Source of the DNA: Calditrichia bacterium | GTDB lineage: Bacteria; Calditrichota; Calditrichia; JAJRVZ01 | Direction of reading: 5' to 3' | Assembly (NCBI GenBank): GCA_963777955.1 | Contig: CAVZSQ010000023.1 | Coordinates: forward strand, 14,935-78,934 | DNA length: 64,000 nucleotides | Shown: positions 34,771 through 46,203 of the stretch, piece after piece | Layout: each line of letters begins with the position of its first letter | Position numbering within the stretch: position 1 is the first letter of the stretch | Program-made: the position numbers and the translations under genes | The notes under the pieces: generated by a model | Database searches by the model: none | What the model saw: the letters and a program-made list of their open reading frames with translations, nothing else | Told to the model about the DNA's origin: nothing

Positions 34771-37587
34771 CAACTGTATTGTGATCGCTTTTCCATCATA
34801 AAAGACAGACTTGTCAGCTTTTGCGCTGATCTCCAAACCGCTGCCATGATCTTTGGACACCAGGACTATATTGATTGTACGTTTTTTCAGCATGGCCGGG
34901 AATTCACCTTTTCGCTCGCTAATGGTCAACATGCGCTGAGCATCATTCCAGTTGAATGCGATGGTGGCATAGATCCCTTTTTCATAATTGTAATTGTCAT
35001 TCTCATCTTCATAAAGTGTAAAATCAGCATCGGCACCGGGGTAAATACGTAATTCCAGCGGATCGGCTGGTTTTTCGGTGGAAAACTGCAGAAAGGGTCC
35101 CAGGGGGATAATAGATCCCGCTTTGACAAATAAAGGAATCAGCTCAATCGGTGCGGCAGTCTTGATCTGGCGCCCTCCCGCTGTCACCTCCCCGGTCCAA
35201 AAATCATACCAGTTGCGGCCGGCCGGCAGATATATCTGCCGGCTTTTCTCCCGGTCAATTTTACTCTGCTCTCTGGCAAACATGGCCGGGGTTTTCCAGA
35301 ACAGACGCATGCGCGCGGCTCCGGTTGATCTGTTTTCCGTTTCCACAATTAAATCGTATTTTTCACCCACGGTTAATTCCACCGGTCTGGTATACTGCTC
35401 CACACTGGTGTAGACCATCCGCAAGGTATCCCCATTCAGAATAATACGTTTGGCATCATAGCACAGCAGATGAAACTGATACTTCCCGCTCTCTGCAGGA
35501 ACCAGTTTTCCCTCCCAGTGAATGGCATAGGTCGAATCGGTCACGTACTCAGGGCGACCGGTATACCAGATAATATCAATATTGGGATCGATCTGTTCCT
35601 TACTCAGGTTCTGGCGGGCAGCATCCTTATAATATTTAGCCTGGAGACCGGGTTTACCGTCTTTGGTCTGGAAAAATTCAGGGCCGATGAGTTCGCTCTG
35701 TTCCGGCGGCCGGTAATACATGTATTCGGTGACCGGACATACCAGCAGGGCCGGACCAAACATAAATTGATCGCCGATCGTATAAGTTTTTTCATCATCC
35801 GGGAAATCCATCGGCAGGCCGCGCATTATGGTATAATCCCGGCTGGTGACCATCCAGGCCAACGAATAGATATAAGGCAATAAACGGTAACGCAGATTAT
35901 CGATCCTGAGAATTGCCGGAACAAATTCACCCATTTCCCAGATTTCGCGCGGTGTTTCCGAACCGTGCGAACGGAAGATCGGGCTGAAGGCCCCCAACTG
36001 GAACATGCGGGTGTATAACTCCTGGTAGGCAGGATCTTTTCCCCCCTGCATAAATACACCGCCGTAAGCGCCCAGCACAAATGCACCGATATCGAAAGTC
36101 CAGTAAGGTATCCCCGACATGCTGTGATTGATACCGGCCGGTATCTGGTTGCGATATATTTCCCAGCTGGCGCCGATATCGCCCGACCAGGTGGTGGCCG
36201 CGTTACGCTGCTGACCGGCATAGGTTGAACGGGTCAGAATATAAGCCCGGCGCTGGGAGGTTTCCTGGCGCCAGTATTTATAAATATCGTCGGTCATGGC
36301 CAGCGAGAAAGCATTCAGATACCTGGCCCAGGAACCCAGATAATTCCGGCCCATTTTTTTCAATTCATACTCGCTGGATTCCTTGGTCATGGCATTGACC
36401 ACATCCGGTTCGGTGGAATCTATCCACCAGCCATCGAGACCCTGCGTATAAAGTCCATTCCTGAGATATTGCCAGTACAGGGCATTGGCGGCTGGATTAT
36501 AGGCATCATAGTATTTAAATCCGGCCCAGCCTACCGGTTTGTACAGAAATCCGTGTCGTGACATATCGGCATAGATCGCAGTTTTCGGTCCCAGTGCCGG
36601 CCAGATGGAGATGATGATATGAAAATTCATTTTATGCAACTGATCGCACATTTTTTTTGGTTCAGGAAAAAGTGTTTTATCAAAGAACATACCGCCCCAG
36701 TTAGCCGCCCCGTTCCAGTAATCCCAGTCCTGAATCATGTTGTCGATAGGAATTTTCAGCCGGCGGTATTTTTCAGCCACACTCATCAATTCGGCCTGGG
36801 TATCGTAATGTTCTTTGCTCTGCCAGTAACCGTAAGCCCATTTGCCATACATGGGTGCTTTTCCGGTAAGCCAGCGATAACCCGAGATTACCTCGTCCAT
36901 GTTCCGGCCGGAAATGAAATAGTAATCGATATTGTCAGCCAGATCGGACCAGAATGAAGTACCGGTCGACAGATCTTCGAATATGGTTTTGGAATAATTG
37001 TCCCACAGAATTCCATAATTCCCGGTTGAAATAAGAAAAGGGCTGACTGCCTCGGTATTGGCCTGCGCCAGCACCACCCTCTTACCCCGGTAGTTGAAAT
37101 ATCCTGATTGATGCTGCCCCAGGCCATAGATTCCTTCATGATCGGAAAGTTGAAACTGCTGCTGAATGCTAAACCCGGAATCGGCAGCATATACCACGGG
37201 TGAAAAAACAGCAGGTCCCATTTCTTTTAGAATGGTACTGCTATCCGCGTTCAGGTACTCGATTGTACCGGCAGTCTTGGATACCCTCAGGTAAAGTTCC
37301 GTGGATTTGAGAAAAACTTGATTACCGTTTTCTTCAACCCTGATGCCCAGATCCGCCGGCGTATCCTGGATGACGCTTAAACTCTTCCTGACCGAAGTCC
37401 CGGCCGCCAGGTCCCACTTTATAATTCTGACTATATTTTCACCATAGAATTGAACTTTAAGATTATGTTTCCCTTTACTCAATTCGATGCCGTTTTTGAT
37501 AATCCTGATTTCCGGATTATTTAATGAACATTGCGAGGAAAACAGCAGGATAAAGCAGCAGATACAAATAATGGAAAGTTTTCTCAT
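34768..37587 (-). CDS. GH31 alpha-xylosidase-like enzyme with PA14 insert after the catalytic domain
   Basis: IYGLGQHQ, MIQDWDYW, WWIDSTEP, WSGDI, YWTFDIG; PA14 (GLQAKYY..IHWEGKL) between GPALLVCPV and IYLPAG; likely start MRKLS at 37587. Confidence 0.9.
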   Translation of the reverse strand: MRKLSIICICCFILLFSSQCSLNNPEIRIIKNGIELSKGKHNLKVQFYGENIVRIIKWDLAAGTSVRKSLSVIQDTPADLGIRVEENGNQVFLKSTELYLRVSKTAGTIEYLNADSSTILKEMGPAVFSPVVYAADSGFSIQQQFQLSDHEGIYGLGQHQSGYFNYRGKRVVLAQANTEAVSPFLISTGNYGILWDNYSKTIFEDLSTGTSFWSDLADNIDYYFISGRNMDEVISGYRWLTGKAPMYGKWAYGYWQSKEHYDTQAELMSVAEKYRRLKIPIDNMIQDWDYWNGAANWGGMFFDKTLFPEPKKMCDQLHKMNFHIIISIWPALGPKTAIYADMSRHGFLYKPVGWAGFKYYDAYNPAANALYWQYLRNGLYTQGLDGWWIDSTEPDVVNAMTKESSEYELKKMGRNYLGSWARYLNAFSLAMTDDIYKYWRQETSQRRAYILTRSTYAGQQRNAATTWSGDIGASWEIYRNQIPAGINHSMSGIPYWTFDIGAFVLGAYGGVFMQGGKDPAYQELYTRMFQLGAFSPIFRSHGSETPREIWEMGEFVPAILRIDNLRYRLLPYIYSLAWMVTSRDYTIMRGLPMDFPDDEKTYTIGDQFMFGPALLVCPVTEYMYYRPPEQSELIGPEFFQTKDGKPGLQAKYYKDAARQNLSKEQIDPNIDIIWYTGRPEYVTDSTYAIHWEGKLVPAESGKYQFHLLCYDAKRIILNGDTLRMVYTSVEQYTRPVELTVGEKYDLIVETENRSTGAARMRLFWKTPAMFAREQSKIDREKSRQIYLPAGRNWYDFWTGEVTAGGRQIKTAAPIELIPLFVKAGSIIPLGPFLQFSTEKPADPLELRIYPGADADFTLYEDENDNYNYEKGIYATIAFNWNDAQRMLTISERKGEFPAMLKKRTINIVLVSKDHGSGLEISAKADKSVFYDGKAITIQL

Positions 37588-37679
37588 CGGAGGCACTCCT
37601 TTATCATTATTAGAAACGGCCTTCATATTAGTTATACGAATTACGGGATGGGTAAATTTTATGATTACGCTTAAATCTT

Positions 37680-40620
37680 TCAGCGCAGCAGGACCATCTT
37701 TTTAGTAATCACGCCGTCGGGACTTTGCAGTATATAAAAATAAATGCCGCTGCTGAGATCCAATGCTGTGAAGGTAACCCGGTGATCGCCGCCATCCAGG
37801 ACGCCATTCACCAGCACAGCTACTTCCCTGCCCAGTAAATCATATACCGTGAGCCGGACATCACCGCCGGTCCGTATGGTAAAGTGAATCGTGGTTCCCG
37901 GATTAAAGGGATTGGGAAAATTTTGATCCAGTGCAAAACTTTCAGGGACATAGGGTGGTGGAGGATTTACCGATGTATCGGGTGTATCATCCCGGCCTGG
38001 GGAGCCATGAATAGCATATGATGAACGCCAGTTAACCGGATCATTCAGGTTTCCCTGGGGATCGATTTCGGCAGGAACCAACGAATATCCGCTGCCATCC
38101 GGAGCAGTCGGCCAGGGAGCGATATCGTTATATTGCACAGCAAAAATAGTATCACCGGCGGCAGCACACAGGATCAGCCACTCTCCGCCATTATCCAGTT
38201 GCCCGGAATATTCTCCGTCCGGCATGAAACTATAACGGTTATTGAACTCATCCCGGTTTGAGGCCAGTACAATAAAATGATCCGGTTCGATGATGGTGCC
38301 CAACGGGAAAATATATGTAATACCAGCAGAAAAATAAGTCAGCGAAAGATCAATTGGAGTTGTACCGATATTCTTTAATTCCAGGAATTCATATTCATTG
38401 TCACTGGTAGTATCCTGATTCAGCGGATGATAATGAATTTCAGTGATTTTAAGATCAGCCGCATTATCATTGGTGAAAAGTATGAGTTGATGGAGTGCAC
38501 TCCAGGTCGAACCATTCAGAATCCGGGCTTTTATTACCGTAGTTGTATTTATGCTGATTTCGGTTTCATCATCACCCATGATCCCCGAAGTGTTCACGCC
38601 ACCCCCGATATTGCGGGGATCCTGGCCATTGGTAGTATAGCGGATTGAGCCGGTGGTGGAATTCGGATTAACCATTTTCAGCAGATATCCCGGTTCAACC
38701 TGCACGGTGTAGGCGGTAATGGTGATATTGTTATTGCTGAAAACCGGCGGATCGATGTTCGGGTACAGGATAACCGCTTTTAACTGGTCCAGGACTATAT
38801 CCGTCCGGTACGGAAAATAATTATTAACGATGTCATCAATGGCCCATTGCCAGTCGTCATCTTTGTTCCTGGGTGGCTCATGGTAAGTATCGCCCCAGCG
38901 GGCAGATTCACCGATAATGGCCAGATCAATTTGCTGGGCGCGGTCGAGGAATAAGGGTATTACCTTATCCGGGGTCATACAACCTTCATTGAAGAAATGT
39001 TTATAAACATGGTCGGCAAAACGAATCCGGTACTCGGCATTGGACGATAATTTAAAATGCAGCCATTGCGGGTGAAAACCGCTGAAATCCGATACGATCA
39101 TCTGGTATCCATCGGTAAGGCTACCGATATTCACCCTGTTCTCATCGAGACCGATCCCGGGTCCTTCACCAGCTGTGGTGCGCAAGGTATGCTCGGCATC
39201 ATGAACAAAAAATCTGAATCCATCCTGAGCGTTGCGGTTATAAATGGCATAAAAGTTATTAGGACCTTTATTCGATCCGAATTTTGTGAGCGGGGGCGTC
39301 AAAATTCCCGGTATAGAAGATATTCAGCATGTAATCGATCAGGTTATCTATATCCACCAGAACTGTGTAGGCCGGATTCCTGCTGCCATCCGTATTCAGT
39401 CCCTGTATCTTAAAATAATTGGTATTGGCGGTGAATCCGGATACGCAGAAATTCCAGACCTGGCGGTAAGCATCCAGGGTTCCGTCGGTAGCTTCAATCC
39501 CATAGCCATAATCACCGCTGACTTTAATTACATCATAGTCTTCGACGACTACCGCCGAAATAACTGGCAGCAAAGCGCGCTTCCGGACGTTCCTGGGTCT
39601 GGAATAATCCCCAGTAATAACCATTGATATAGAGGTGATAAAACCGGCTGCGGGTATAGGGTTGTCCGGTCTCCCGCTGCAGGTCGCGGCAGAACACATC
39701 GCGGATCATGATATTGTATTCACCCTGATGACCGGGATAACTCCAGGCATAGTTCTGGCTGGTGCGTAAATCCACCTTATCGAATTGGTCAACCCCTTCA
39801 TCTTCAAAAAGAGGATAATTCAGTTTAGCCGTCACCGTACTCAGTGCGGAAGAAAAAACGGAAAGCGTGTTTGGGATTTTCGGGGTGTGCGCTCCAGCCG
39901 CCGCGGATACGGATACCGGCATTGATTTGAAAACCTTCGCTGCCGTCCGGATTCAGCAGTTCAATCGAAGCCGGCCGTTCCCACTCGATACCATCTTCCA
40001 TGGCATTCATATAAATACCGCTGTCGCCGGCAAAAAGGTGTTTCAGGTCCGTGGCCAGCGATATGGTAGGTACATCCAGCAGGGCATCATCAATCAGAGC
40101 CTGATAACGTGAATCATTCAACACCGCCGGATCCATGCCATAATTTATCGATTGCGGGGAATTGCTGACATCAGGCCAGCTGGAATTGGGCCGGGTACCG
40201 TCAGGTGACAGCGAGCCGATTTTATTCAGGAATAAATATGTATGAGATACTGATTCGCTCAGCGAAAAATCAGGAGCAGAGGCACAGGCGCGCAGTACTA
40301 CTCCGGGAGTTTTGCCCCGTCCTCCCGTAGTGCTCTCCGGATTGATGGTGATGGTGGCCGGCGAAGTCTGTCTGCAGTTTTGTCGCTGAGGTCCGCGGAT
40401 CGGAACCGTCCAGGGTATACCATATTGTGGCATTCGGTGTCGTCGATGTGACGATTACATCGAAACTGGCCGAAAAAAAGCCCCGCTGCACCGAGCATTC
40501 AGGAACCGCTGCCGGTACAACGGTTGTTTGCGGTATTAGCGGTGCAGCAGAGCTTATTATAATAATTAGCGTTAATAATGTTACTATCACTAAGTTTTTT
40601 TTCATCTTAATCCATTTCAT
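37680..40620 (-). CDS. CotH kinase-family protein with Fn3-associated, lamin-tail and Por-type C-terminal domains (4 frameshifts)
   Basis: IWYTLDGSDP, WERPASIE, GIRIRGG, HLYINGYYWGL..ER, HDAE, ESARWGD, ITEIHYHP..EFLELKN (LTD), QNFPNPFNP. Confidence 0.8.
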
Positions 40621-40714
40621 TTTTTAATCCGGTAAGATTACGATCTCTTTTCGTATATGTCAATGGAAATATAGCTCGTTTAAGGGCGGGGAAAGTGTGA
40701 TGGAAGTCCCAAGG

Positions 40715-40880
40715 GAAGGGACAAAGGGACAAGAGGTACGGACAAAGGCACAAAGTGGTCGAAGACCTGCCGTCAGGCAGGCACAAAGTAGGGGCGCATT
40801 TTATATGCGCCCTACAGTGACCCACCCCCTTCCCCTCCCTACCGCCGAAGACGGTCGGCAGGGAGGGGCCTGGGGAGGGT
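40715..40880. repeat. Composite cluster of short palindromic repeats
   Basis: Degenerate ACAAAG tandem units; AAGACCTGCCGTCAGGCAGG (40762-40781); GTAG-type REP GTAGGGGCGCA-TTTTATA-TGCGCCCTAC (40788-40815); CCCCTCCCT...AGGGAGGGG with inner GCCGA/TCGGC hairpin. Confidence 0.75.
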
Positions 40881-41996
40881 AAAACAGACAGCGGGATCTC
40901 GAGCAGTTTTTCTTTTGACATTATAAATCCCTTGATTAAATTAACCTCGTTAGACTTTTTCTATCGTCCTGAGGATTATTTTAGACAATTATTATAGTGA
41001 TTAATTTTTGGTACAAAGCATGGGATTAAGGCGTGTTATACACACGACTTAATTCCACATTTAGAAATTTTACAAATATTTAATATATAAGATCTTAACT
41101 GCAATCAATAATGGTTTATTTTAAAGAAATTTATTCAATTATACTCATGAGTGAAAGACGTCCACTTGCAACTTAATTAAATGTTAAACCGTTTAAATAA
41201 TAATAAGAAGATTTGTAAATGAAATATTATCGATTCAGTATCTCCATTTGATTATCTTAAAAGAATCTTAAGAACTACTGATCCATACTATCTCTATTAC
41301 AATTATTGCATCATCACTAGTTTTAGGAATATTTGGAATTCAGGGATTATTATTTATATTTTTACTCTATATAATTATTGTACATCTTATACCGTTACTT
41401 TTTCAGCCAATTTCATTGGAGATCGAGAATAATTCAATTACAATAAATAATATCTTTAGTTCCGAAACCTTCTATATTAAAAACCTCGAAATTATGCAAC
41501 AACCTGCTGTTATAAAATATTTTGGAAAAAAAAGATGATATTAATCCGTTGGAAATTATAAAAAAATAAGTTTTCAATTTAGTCATAAATATCTTTAAAC
41601 TAATAAATAATTAGAAGTTACAATTAGTTAAATCGAGTAATATTGATAATGATTGAAAAGGTTACTTATAAGTATCCTAATAAAAATATGATTCAATATG
41701 AAATATGTCGCAAACTTTTGATTCTAAGTGGATTCGCGTAACCAATGATGTAACGCTGCATGAAAATGATTTAGATAGACGTTTAGAGATCATTAAAGGG
41801 AAAGAATATGTCGTGATATACCGTGTCCTTGGTTCAGAGTATAATCTAATAGAGGGGATGATACCAATTCAAGAAATGGTCGCGAGATGGTAAAGCATTA
41901 AAAAAATCTGACAGACTGACTATCAGTGTACCCGTTTGATTACTTTATTGAGAAGGAATTCGATTTACTCATAGACTATTCTTATGATCAAATTCA

Positions 41997-42251
41997 TGGC
42001 CAAAAACGTTAGATGAGGCCGTAGCGAGAATTCGAATAGAATTAAATGAAAAAGAACTTGCAGAAATTAGTCATATGGATAAAGAAGAATTCTTAACGAA
42101 ATATATGTTTTCGACTACTTGGATAAGGAATAATTTTGGGTTATGGCGTGGGAATTTTGACCTTTTATTAGATTGTGATGTGGAAAATCCGGAACCTGAC
42201 CATGTTTCAAATCTTATTAATCAAAGATTTTGGGAATCTCTTAGGTCGTAA
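41997..42251 (+). CDS. DUF6794-like domain; 5' part lost to a frameshift (possibly joins ORF 41705-41893)
   Basis: Own translation, not in the ORF track: WPKTLDEAV...WIRNNFGLWRGNFDLL...PDHVSNLI..FWESLRS*. Confidence 0.6.
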   Translation, partial: WPKTLDEAVARIRIELNEKELAEISHMDKEEFLTKYMFSTTWIRNNFGLWRGNFDLLLDCDVENPEPDHVSNLINQRFWESLRS

Positions 42252-42362
42252 ATCGAATAGAAGCAATGTAACTGACGCCTGACCGATTAGCATGAATTGC
42301 TGATTTCGCGGTTAAGGATTCAGCGCCGTTTAAGCACAGGTCGTTAGAATCGGGGGTTTTTG

Positions 42363-42455
42363 TTCGCGAATTCATGTTTGAGCCCGCCTGAGGCGGGCGA
42401 GTTTGAATTCGCGAAGGGCCTTTTTGCTTACTTTTTGATCAAGCAAAAAGTAAGC
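42363..42455. repeat. Structured intergenic repeat (two hairpins, one nested)
   Basis: TTCGCGAATTCA/TGAATTCGCGAA enclosing GCCCGCCT-G-AGGCGGGC; then GCTTACTTTTTG/CAAAAAGTAAGC. Confidence 0.7.
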
Positions 42456-42491
42456 CGCCGGAGGGGAGACAAGTTAAAACTGATAAATTAA

Positions 42492-42587
42492 CTCTAACAC
42501 CGCAGTCCACTGGATGTCCGACCGATCGAGCATGAAATGTAAATTGTGTGTAAGCAGTCATGCGCCAGTGACTTTTTAGCGTTGACC
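42492..42587 (+). mobile_element. attC-like integron cassette recombination site
   Basis: CTCTAAC-N5-AGTCCACTGG ... CCAGTGACT-N7-GTTGACC: L boxes pair with one extra base, inner GCATGA/TCATGC stem. Confidence 0.55.
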
Positions 42588-43357
42588 ACCACGTAAAGCA
42601 GAAAACTATAAGAAGTAACACTAATGAATAAGAACGAGCAGAAATCACCAAACGTGAAAGGCATACGAGATTCCGACACACCCGGCCTTGATCTGTGGAT
42701 TGTCAACATTGGTAAGTTTTGTCAATTTCGGAGTAATAGAATTAATCACATATTCTTGGATAGATAATTTGGTTACTGATAAACTTCTCAATGATATTAT
42801 GTTAGGGTCTTCCACTTGATCGACGGATTAACTTGATCAAGAATCTAATCTCGCGGATCGATTTGCCAGTGCATGTCAGAATGAGGGCGAGAAATCATGG
42901 GATGAAGTACTCGAATTATTTGAAATTCGTATGTCATGGCCCACAGTCCTTTAATTTTTGGTTGGAGCAATCCAGACGAACAAGGTCCACCAGACTTTGT
43001 TTCCATACCAAACTTGAGACGAGCCGCTAAAGAACAGATCGGATAAATCGTTTATTATTAAACTTGCCAAAATTCGAGACTCAGTGAATTCAGTCACCGA
43101 GTTAGCCAAGCAGCTAGATGTTCTACCTTGATGAGATACTCAAACGAAGCACGTAAAATGGTGGGCGTACATACTCTATTATTAATATGTATTCACCCTT
43201 TAAAACCGGGGTCGGACCTGAGGAATTTGAAATTGTTTTTATTGAAGTTAAGTCGAAATAATTGCGAAAAATAGGCCATTAAAGGCATCATTTTGGGGCG
43301 AAAATCAAGATTTTTAAAAAAAACATAATACTGAATGAATTTAACGTTTATCCCAGA

Positions 43358-43535
43358 GGTATCCCGTAGGGATACCATGGTAATAGCCCGGCAATTTATT
43401 GCCGGGTAAAATGTACCTAATATATTTCAACCGTCCCGTCGGGACGTCCCATCCCTACGGGATGGGACGATTTTTGGGATTCCGATTCCCGCCAATTAAT
43501 TGGCGGGCTATTTTCGATTGTCCCTGCGGGACAAA
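43358..43535. repeat. Multi-hairpin REP-like element
   Basis: GGTATCCC-GTA-GGGATACC; AATAGCCCGGCAATTTATTGCCGGG inverted to CCCGCCAATTAATTGGCGGGCTATT; several GTCCC-N3-GGGAC units. Confidence 0.8.
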
Positions 43536-43744
43536 TCAATTATATCATTAATGAATAGCAAAATTTTTAATTCTAACACTTTCTGCTTGCCTTCGAGGTT
43601 CTTAAAACTCGAAGATAACATACCATCAAATAATTTTATTGGACTTAGAGTTTACTCTGATTATATTAATATTGTTAGCATTATTCTATTTTGAATAACT
43701 CTGCAATTATTTTTTAATTACATAAATTAATTTTACTTAAGAAC

Positions 43745-44268
43745 ATGTTATATTCTCATTACACGATCCGTATATTGCATCGTATATTGTGTACTATCCT
43801 ATTTTTATATGTGCCATTAGTTGTACCGGCACAAAACTGGCAGGTACATTTAAACAATGATTCTACTATATCCAGGGTCACGTTATGGAAGGTTGACATG
43901 GAATACCTTTATGCGTTGACTCAGTGCAGATAGTCAGGATACCGGTTGATTCAATTACCTCGCTGGATCTTATCCATGACTCAAATTATGATGAAAATAG
44001 CATGGTCGGATTTGGTGGTGGAATGGCTCTTGGTACTCTTGCAGGGGTAATTTTAGCATCGGTCAGAACCGAACATGAAGAAACAGATAATCCTCTTGTT
44101 GAGCCGTTGAATATACTGGGTGGAACTATATGCGGCGGAATTGCTGGTTTTATGGTTGGTAATTTGATCAGTGCCGTACAGGGAATTGATGAAAAATATA
44201 ATATCTCTACATATCCACATCCGGGGAAGGTGACATTTTTAAAGTATTTGATTTTAGAATCAAAATAA
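43745..44268 (+). CDS. Hypothetical exported protein with glycine-zipper-like segments (frameshift near 43925)
   Basis: ORFs 43745-43933 and 43924-44268 join; GFGGGMALGTLAG and GGTICGGIAGFMVG. Confidence 0.5.
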
Positions 44269-44291
44269 TAATCAACAGGGACGGGACAATT

Positions 44292-45099
44292 ATGAAGTTA
44301 TCAATTTATGCAGCATTACCGATATTTTTCATCATCACCTCCTGTGGCCAACCCACCGACAGCGGCGGCAATAATACATCCTATCCGCTGGAAGTCGGTA
44401 ATTACTGGGAATATTTAACGACAAATACCTTAACCGGCAGTACAGTCCAGACGCTTGTTCAAGTAGACAGGAGAGAATTATTGAAGGATTCACTGGATAC
44501 TTATGTTTTTAAAATATCGTCATCCTCCAGCCAGGCTTTTAGTGAAGACTACTATACACAAAAAACCGGCGGGCTTTACTGCGTGGCATACAATAATGCC
44601 GGTGAAGCACCGCTTGTTCAACCGAAACATAAGAGTAAAACATACCTCAGATTCAGGAACAGAATTTATACTGACATTTGCGGAACTGCTGGAAGATATC
44701 TCCCTGGGCCAAAGGAAGATGATGTTCAGAATTATGGTTGATTCATTAAATTATGAGTCAGAACCTGTATGTGCTTTAAAGTATCCCTTATCTTTAAACT
44801 CGCAGTGGATATACCGTAGCGAACCATGGCGAATCGAGAAAAGAGTGGAACAGCGTGGAGATATTTCGGTACCTGCAGGGGATTTCAGCGGATATATCAT
44901 CAAGTGGCTTTATGATATGAATAACGACAGAGTGTGGGATGATGACATTTACATTATAGATTTTGTTGCCGGTGAAGGATTGATTCAAAGAGAAACCTTT
45001 ATCTTTGATATCATTGCTACTGACGAAGAGGGATACGAATTGGCCAGGTATGACTTTTATCAGAAATCTGTTATTGACAAGTTATCAGATCAAGGATAA
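44292..45099 (+). CDS. Hypothetical lipoprotein (frameshift near 44680)
   Basis: IITSC lipobox, YPLEVGNYWEY, ISVPAGDF, FVAGEGLI. Confidence 0.65.
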
Positions 45100-45183
45100 C
45101 TAGTTATATAATTGGTAAAAATCCGGGTCGGATTATTGAATTAAATTCACCGTTGGTTTATGAATTATTCAAAGGGAGGTATT

Positions 45184-45574
45184 ATGAAATTCAAATCGCT
45201 GATGATCATCAAAGCAATCGTCTGTCTGGGATTCGGACCATTACTACTCTTTCTGCCGGCGAACAATTATTAAATCATGATTGGGCTCATTCCTATTGCC
45301 CCGGCGCAGCTTAACCGCCCAGGGAATATGGGGCAGCTACTCATCGGTAATCTGATGCTGACCTGGTTTGCCAGAGACGGCTGAAAAATCTGTGGCCCGT
45401 AAAGCGTATTATACTTCATTTATTTACTTATGATGCCATTGCTTTAATAGCTACGCTGATCATTCAATTATCCGGCGGATTAAATATTCTAGGTTGGGGT
45501 ATCGTATTGCAGTGTATTTATTCTTTACGGCAGGCTTTGGATATTTATTGATTCCGGAAATGAAATCGGCCTGA
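45184..45574 (+). pseudogene. Small membrane protein broken by several frameshifts
   Basis: GGAGG RBS then MKFKSLMIIKAIVCLGFGP; hydrophobic fragments in changing frames up to TGA at 45574. Decay and sequencing error cannot be told apart. Confidence 0.4.
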
Positions 45575-45629
45575 GCTATATATATAGTTTCAACTGATAA
45601 TTTAGACTTTTAAAAACCCGGAGGCGTAT

Positions 45630-45992
45630 ATGAAAACATATATAGCTTCTATTTTGCCGGCTATATTTTTCCTGACTGGATGCGAAGGGATTATCGATTC
45701 CCCTTTATTTACCTCCGATCAACCACCACCCGATCAACTTACCTGGGTTGCCCATTATTACTCCGGCGGTGTTCAGTGCGACCCGTCCGACAACTACACT
45801 CCGCCTGCCGTCGAGGCTGTCCTTTATCTCAAAGGTATCATTGTATTCGAAACTGAGGTAGAGCTGTATGGACTGTTCCTCCGCTGTGGCTACCCGAGTT
45901 ATGCCGCCATGCACTATGCGCTTATCAGGAAAACCGATCTGGCCAGAGCAGAGAGTTTAGGATTCGAACAGAAAGATCCGCCACAACCTTAA
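45630..45992 (+). CDS. Small hypothetical lipoprotein
   Basis: GGAGG RBS, FLTGC lipobox, GGVQC motif. Confidence 0.6.
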   Translation: MKTYIASILPAIFFLTGCEGIIDSPLFTSDQPPPDQLTWVAHYYSGGVQCDPSDNYTPPAVEAVLYLKGIIVFETEVELYGLFLRCGYPSYAAMHYALIRKTDLARAESLGFEQKDPPQP

Positions 45993-46134
45993 AAAGGTAT
46001 TATTATCTCCCTACGGCAACCTCGGTAGCAGCGGCACTACTATGACCATAATAATTAATCCGGCTAAGTAAGCACTGAACTGTAATCGTTCTCTGTCCAT
46101 AAGCAATACTCACATTTATTATAACTTTTTGATC

Positions 46135-46172
46135 AAAAAAAACACCTGCAATCAACTATTGGTTGCAGGTGT
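46135..46172 (-). terminator. Rho-independent terminator
   Basis: ACACCTGCAATCAA/TTGGTTGCAGGTGT stem with an A8 run on the + strand (U-tail on -), 30 bp after the stop at 46204. Confidence 0.75.
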
Positions 46173-46203
46173 CTGAGAGAAAGCGATTATTAACAATAAA
46201 CAG

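Noticed and set aside
40607..40921. ORFs 40607-40921, 40697-40882, 22925-23206 and 34720-35052 as genes
   Set aside because: They are translations through palindromic repeats or antisense to real genes, with no protein motifs.
42266..42335. Second attC site
   Set aside because: A hairpin is present, but the box spacing and the side of the extra base do not fit on either strand; kept only as a weak note.
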